From Planctomycetota bacterium (GTDB taxonomy: Bacteria > Planctomycetota > GCA-002687715 > DRQF01): a stretch of 20,755 nucleotides of DNA. Position 1 is the stretch's first letter, and every line of letters begins with the position of its first letter. The stretch is from positions 1-20,755 of the forward strand of contig JAZGFI010000059.1 in assembly GCA_036479435.1 (NCBI GenBank). The letters are read 5' to 3'. The notes below the pieces were generated by a model. That model was not told where the DNA came from. It did not search any database and was given only the letters and a program-made list of their open reading frames with translations. Both the position numbers and the translations under genes were made by a program. Of the stretch, positions 16,679 to 20,755 are shown piece by piece.

Positions 16679-18382
16679 GTGTCGCTTGACATTCTTTTGG
16701 ATGATTTGGCTGCCGCCTTTCCCTTCTCCGTATTGGAGACCCACAACGGCAGGCTCGGTGCATCTGCACTGATCGACAAGGAATCCACGCTTGAGATCTT
16801 GACCTGGCTCGGCCGCCACGAGAAAAACTCCTTCGAATTTCTAAGCGATCTCAGTGCTCTGGACCGATTCGGACAAGTTGGCATGGATCACCGATTCGAG
16901 GTCGTTTATCAGCTCGTCTCGTGGTCGCGAAAAGAGCGCTTCGCGCTCAAGGTTGCCGTCTCTGAAGACGACCTTGAGGTGCCCAGCGTCTGTTCTATGT
17001 TCCGACTCGCCGATTGGGCCGAGCGTGAGGTCTTTGATCTTTTCGGTATTCGCTTTCGCGGTCACCCCAACTTGAAACGCATCCTCACGCACCAGGCTTT
17101 TCAGGGCCACGCCCTGCGCAAGGATTTCGACATTCAACAAGCATCCCCTCTGGAAGATGTCGACGACATGATCGACGAGATCGGGGCTTGGGGCGAGAAC
17201 CCTGAGGACCTGGGGTTCACCGAACTCGTGCCCTTGAATTTGGGGCCCGCTCACCCGGCCTTGCGTGGGGTCCTAAGGATTCTGGTGAAGATCGACGGCG
17301 AGTGCATCAACCAGGCCGCTTGTGAAATCGGGTACTTGCACCGCGGCGTGGAAAAAGAACTCGAACGTCGCGGGTGGGCCCAGGCGATTCCTTTTACCGA
17401 TCGTTTGAACTGGGCCTCGCCCTGGCTCAACAACCTCGCCTGGTGCGAAGCCGTTGAGCGTTTGCTGGACTTAAAAGTTCCCGATCGCGCCGAGACCATT
17501 CGGGTCATGATGGCTGAACTGTCGCGAATCTCCGACCACGCGACTTGCCTTGCGGCCACCTTCGAAAGCCTCGGCCTTCGCGCGGCCTACTGGAGGCTGC
17601 AGGCCATCACCGAGGGCGTCACGGAACTCAATGAGGCCATTAGCGGTGTGCGGCACAACCCGAGTTTTCTTCGCATTGGCGGGCTCAGTGCCGATTTGCC
17701 CGACGGATTCGAGAATTCCGTGGCCGAGTTTTCAAAACAGCTAGTCGGAGCGATCGACGGCATCCTTGACTTCGTCTTGAGCAACCCGATTTTCGATCGC
17801 CGCACGCGCGGCGTCGGCGTGGTGAGTGCAGCTACCGCATTGAGCTACGGTTGGACCGGGCCCTGCCTTCGGGCGAGCGGCCTCAACTACGACCTCCGGC
17901 AGTTTGATGCCAAAAGCGCTTGGCGCCACTACCGCTTCAAGCCCGCTTGTCGTAAAGGCGGCGACGTTCACGCCCGTATCTTGGTGCGATTCGACGAAAT
18001 CGTCGAGAGCTTGGCCCTCATTGAGCAAGCCCTATATCGACTGAATCCCGGCGAGATCATGACTTCCAACAAGGCCGTAGCGCTGCCCAAAAAAAGCGAC
18101 GTATCCAGTTCGCTGGAGGGCATGGCGAACCACGTTCTGTTGCTGACCGAAGGCATGAAAGTGCCCAAGGGCGAGGTCTACCACGCGATCGAAGGTGCCA
18201 ACGGCGAGTTGGGATTTCACCTCATTTCCGATGGCGGCACGAGGCCGCGCCGCGCCCGTTGTCGCCCGCCGTCGTTTCACAACTACGCTGCTTTTCCGAG
18301 TATCGTGGCGGGGCAGCCGCTTTCACACGCCATTCCGATCTTGGCTTCACTCAACGTCGTCGCCGGAGAGCTGGATCGATGA
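16679..18382 (+). CDS. nuoCD: Fused NADH-quinone oxidoreductase subunit C/D homolog (divergent quinone site)
   Basis: NuoC motif ADWAEREVFDLFGIRFRGHPNLKRIL...GHALRKDF. NuoD motifs LNLGPAHP, GYLHRGVEK, ELSRI, EGANGELG and terminal GELDR. Start probably GTG 16679, just after the nuoB stop. Confidence 0.93.
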   Translation: MSLDILLDDLAAAFPFSVLETHNGRLGASALIDKESTLEILTWLGRHEKNSFEFLSDLSALDRFGQVGMDHRFEVVYQLVSWSRKERFALKVAVSEDDLEVPSVCSMFRLADWAEREVFDLFGIRFRGHPNLKRILTHQAFQGHALRKDFDIQQASPLEDVDDMIDEIGAWGENPEDLGFTELVPLNLGPAHPALRGVLRILVKIDGECINQAACEIGYLHRGVEKELERRGWAQAIPFTDRLNWASPWLNNLAWCEAVERLLDLKVPDRAETIRVMMAELSRISDHATCLAATFESLGLRAAYWRLQAITEGVTELNEAISGVRHNPSFLRIGGLSADLPDGFENSVAEFSKQLVGAIDGILDFVLSNPIFDRRTRGVGVVSAATALSYGWTGPCLRASGLNYDLRQFDAKSAWRHYRFKPACRKGGDVHARILVRFDEIVESLALIEQALYRLNPGEIMTSNKAVALPKKSDVSSSLEGMANHVLLLTEGMKVPKGEVYHAIEGANGELGFHLISDGGTRPRRARCRPPSFHNYAAFPSIVAGQPLSHAIPILASLNVVAGELDR

Positions 18383-19992
18383 CGTCCGACGCGCGAAAGA
18401 CCGAGTTTTTCTCCTGCGTGATCGACGGTAAGGCACTCAAAGTTCGTCGTGGTGAACGCTTGCTTGAAGCCGCGCGCCGCGGCGGCATCGAGATACCGGG
18501 GCTTTGCCACCACTCGAGCCTGTCGCCTTGCGAGGCCTGCGGGCTGTGTCAAGTCGAAGTCCGCGGTTACGACGGCCCCCAAGCCGCGTGCTCCTTGGTC
18601 GTCGAGACGGACCTTCAAGTGCGCTCGCGCAGTCCCGAGTTGGACGGAGTTCGTCGCGAGCGAATCGCGACTTTGTACCGTAATCACCCGGCGGAATGCC
18701 CGGAGTGCGATCTCAACGGCGACTGCTCGATACAGGGCCTGTACCTATCTCACGGTCAACAAGAGCCGCAGGAAAAAAGCTCGAATCAGAGCCCAATATC
18801 TGCGCCCATTCCTTTGGGGCCCGCCGTCGCGCTTCACCTGAGCCGTTGCGTCGGCTGCGAGCTCTGCGTTCGGTTCTCGGCCGAGATCGCTGGCGATCAA
18901 GTTCTTCGGATGCGTGAGGAGGCAGGAGTCAAGTCTGTGGGGCTTGTCCCTGGCTTGTCTTTGAACGGCAATTACTCGCTCAACACAGTTGATTTGTGTC
19001 CGGCCGGAGCGCTCGTCAGTCGTGAGCTCCGGGCGCGTACACCAGCTTGGGCTCGCGAGTCTAAAGAGACCGTGTGTCCCGGATGCGCAACCGGCTGCAA
19101 CGCCTACTTGGATTTCGATCGCGGCCGTGCATTGCGTTTGCGGCCGCGCCGCAACGATGAAGTCAACAGCTCATGGATGTGCGACTTGGGGCGCGAAGAA
19201 TCGAAACAAATCGGAGCAGATCGCCTGTCGCAACCGATGGCGAGCGGAATCGAGGTCGATTGGTCGGGAGCGATTGTGAGTACTTCACAGATCCTTGCCC
19301 CCCTGCGTGAGGCGGGTTTGAATCGGATTGGCGCAGCATTGAGTTTTGATGCGACCTGTGAAGAAGCTTGGTTGTTGCACCGTCTCATGAGCGAGGTCTT
19401 TGGGCAGCACCAGGTCGCGGTCCTGCCGCGTCGCGCCGAAGGCGCCGCCGATGATTTTCTCCTTGATGCGGACAAGCACCCCAATCGTCTCGGTGTGCTC
19501 TTAGTGCTTCAAGATGGCGTGGCGCCAGATCCCGCCGCGTATTTCGAATCGCTGGATGCCGTCATCGTCATGGATGTCGATCCGAGTGCCGAAATTCACG
19601 ATGAACTTCAGCGCCGAGCCTACGCCGGTGTCAAACATCGCATTGTCCTTTCCTCACGGGAAACGTCTTCGGTGTCCGACGCGAGCGTGGTCTTGCCCAT
19701 GACGAGTTTTGCGGCGAAAAACGGGACTTGGGTCAACCGACAGGGCCGCGTGCAAGGCCTGGTCTCTGCGGTCTCAGTTGGCGCGGAATTCTCTCGCGGG
19801 CGTGATGCGCTAAAGCTCTTGACCGCGATAGCAGGGGCGATGCATGTCGACTGGGACGAGCCCTCGGTGCCGGACTTGTTCGCCGAGATCAGCGCACAGC
19901 GCCCGCGGTTTGGCGGTTTGGCATTTGATGAGTTGGGTGGCCGAGGCATGCGGTTGCGCAAGCCAGATTCCGCCGCGGGAGGCCCGGCATGA
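18379..19992 (+). CDS. nuoG: NuoG-like Fe-S subunit (short form, 537 aa)
   Basis: N1b: PGLC...CEACGLC...AAC. N5: NHPAECPECDLNGDC. N4: RCVGCELCVRF...DLCPAGAL. N7-type: CPGCATGC...WMCDLGR. C-terminal motif ASVVLP...KNGTWVNRQGRVQ. ATGA overlap with nuoCD. Confidence 0.9.
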   Translation: MTSDARKTEFFSCVIDGKALKVRRGERLLEAARRGGIEIPGLCHHSSLSPCEACGLCQVEVRGYDGPQAACSLVVETDLQVRSRSPELDGVRRERIATLYRNHPAECPECDLNGDCSIQGLYLSHGQQEPQEKSSNQSPISAPIPLGPAVALHLSRCVGCELCVRFSAEIAGDQVLRMREEAGVKSVGLVPGLSLNGNYSLNTVDLCPAGALVSRELRARTPAWARESKETVCPGCATGCNAYLDFDRGRALRLRPRRNDEVNSSWMCDLGREESKQIGADRLSQPMASGIEVDWSGAIVSTSQILAPLREAGLNRIGAALSFDATCEEAWLLHRLMSEVFGQHQVAVLPRRAEGAADDFLLDADKHPNRLGVLLVLQDGVAPDPAAYFESLDAVIVMDVDPSAEIHDELQRRAYAGVKHRIVLSSRETSSVSDASVVLPMTSFAAKNGTWVNRQGRVQGLVSAVSVGAEFSRGRDALKLLTAIAGAMHVDWDEPSVPDLFAEISAQRPRFGGLAFDELGGRGMRLRKPDSAAGGPA

Positions 19993-20755
19993 TTTGGTCC
20001 GGCGCCATGTTGGAGACGCTTTCGCTCGTCGGCGTGGCGGCTTTTTCCCTACCTTTCATTGCGGCGATTGAACGTGGCGGCGAAGCTCGTTTCGGTGGCC
20101 GTCGCAGTTTGGGGGCTTTGGGATTTCGACAGAGTATTGCGGACTTTTTGAAACTGTTCGCGAAAGAGGATTTCGTTCCCAACCACTCGTCTCGGCGGCT
20201 TTACACTTTGGCCCCAATTTTAGCCTTCGGTTTCGCATTCTGTGGTCTCGCTTTTCTGCCCTTAGTGCCCGCCGTCAGAGACGAGCACGGCGTGACCAAG
20301 TCAGTCGTCATTGAAAGCGATTACGGGCTCTTTTGGTTGCTGATGCTGTTCGCCGCGGGCTGTGCGTCGTCGGCGCTCGGAGGCTGGGCGTCGAACAATA
20401 AGTTGAGCTTGCTGGGCGGCGTGCGCGCGCTGTCGCGGCTGGTCGCGGTGCAAGTCGTGTTTGTGCTCGCGATGGCGACACTGGCCATGAGCGCCGCAAG
20501 CGCGCGCTTGGATTTGATCGCCTCATCTCAAAACCAGCCCTTCTTGGCGCTTTTGCCGCAGTGGAATATCTTTACCCAGCCCTTAGGCGCGGTGGTTTGC
20601 TTCCTGAGCGGATTGGCTTTGTGCGCGGCATCGCCTTTTGATCTGGTCGAGGGCCGCGGAAAAGAGAACCTCCTCGATCCACGCGCTGAATACGGTGCCT
20701 TGAAGTTCGCCTTTTTCATCGTGGCCGACCGCATCAGGCTCTTTACCTTTGCCGT
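19989..20755 (+). CDS. nuoH: NADH-quinone oxidoreductase subunit H homolog (divergent; 3' truncated by the window end)
   Basis: Not in the ORF track because it has no stop in the window. Manual translation gives MIWSGAMLETL...ER...QSIADFLKLFAKEDFVP...LAP...GGWASNNKLSLLGGVR...QWNIFTQP...PFDLVE...EYGALKFAFF. ATGA overlap with nuoG. Confidence 0.92.
   Translation, partial: MIWSGAMLETLSLVGVAAFSLPFIAAIERGGEARFGGRRSLGALGFRQSIADFLKLFAKEDFVPNHSSRRLYTLAPILAFGFAFCGLAFLPLVPAVRDEHGVTKSVVIESDYGLFWLLMLFAAGCASSALGGWASNNKLSLLGGVRALSRLVAVQVVFVLAMATLAMSAASARLDLIASSQNQPFLALLPQWNIFTQPLGAVVCFLSGLALCAASPFDLVEGRGKENLLDPRAEYGALKFAFFIVADRIRLFTFA

Noticed and set aside
16679..18382. Group 4 [NiFe]-hydrogenase large subunit
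   Set aside because: No N-terminal RxCxxC or C-terminal DPCxxC motif. The protein ends in GELDR like NuoD.
18379..19992. Formate dehydrogenase or other active bis-MGD molybdoenzyme
   Set aside because: Too short and lacks a recognisable Mo-ligand region. Its position between nuoCD and nuoH and its cluster motifs fit NuoG.
12601..20755. Calling the XDH-like and nuo genes pseudogenes
   Set aside because: No frameshifts or internal stops are visible, start/stop overlaps are preserved, and all Fe-S cysteines are retained. Relaxed selection cannot be excluded without dN/dS.

Overview
GC-rich bacterial chromosomal DNA with no mobile-element or CRISPR evidence. The left part holds a 37-bp tandem hairpin repeat (cut by the window edge), a membrane 4Fe-4S protein fused to TPRs, transketolase, an RNB-family exoribonuclease lacking its N-terminal cold-shock domains, a secreted S9B dipeptidyl peptidase, a CDP-alcohol phosphatidyltransferase, a small basic winged-helix protein and a ZIP+DUF318 metal-permease fusion. 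The right part (12.6-20.75 kb, all + strand) is the most unusual. It has a three-gene xanthine-dehydrogenase-family module whose large subunit appears to have lost Moco-binding motifs while the FAD and 2Fe-2S subunits keep their ligands. Next comes a complex I-like operon nuoA-B-CD-G-H (truncated) with no nuoE/nuoF at the usual position. All its Fe-S ligands are kept, but the quinone-site residues (NuoD His/Tyr/Asp, NuoB RFG) and the E-channel acidic residues (NuoA, NuoH) are substituted. This may be a repurposed, possibly uncoupled complex I paralog, or a paralog under relaxed selection. Residue equivalences come from by-eye alignment to remembered consensus motifs, not from computed alignments.
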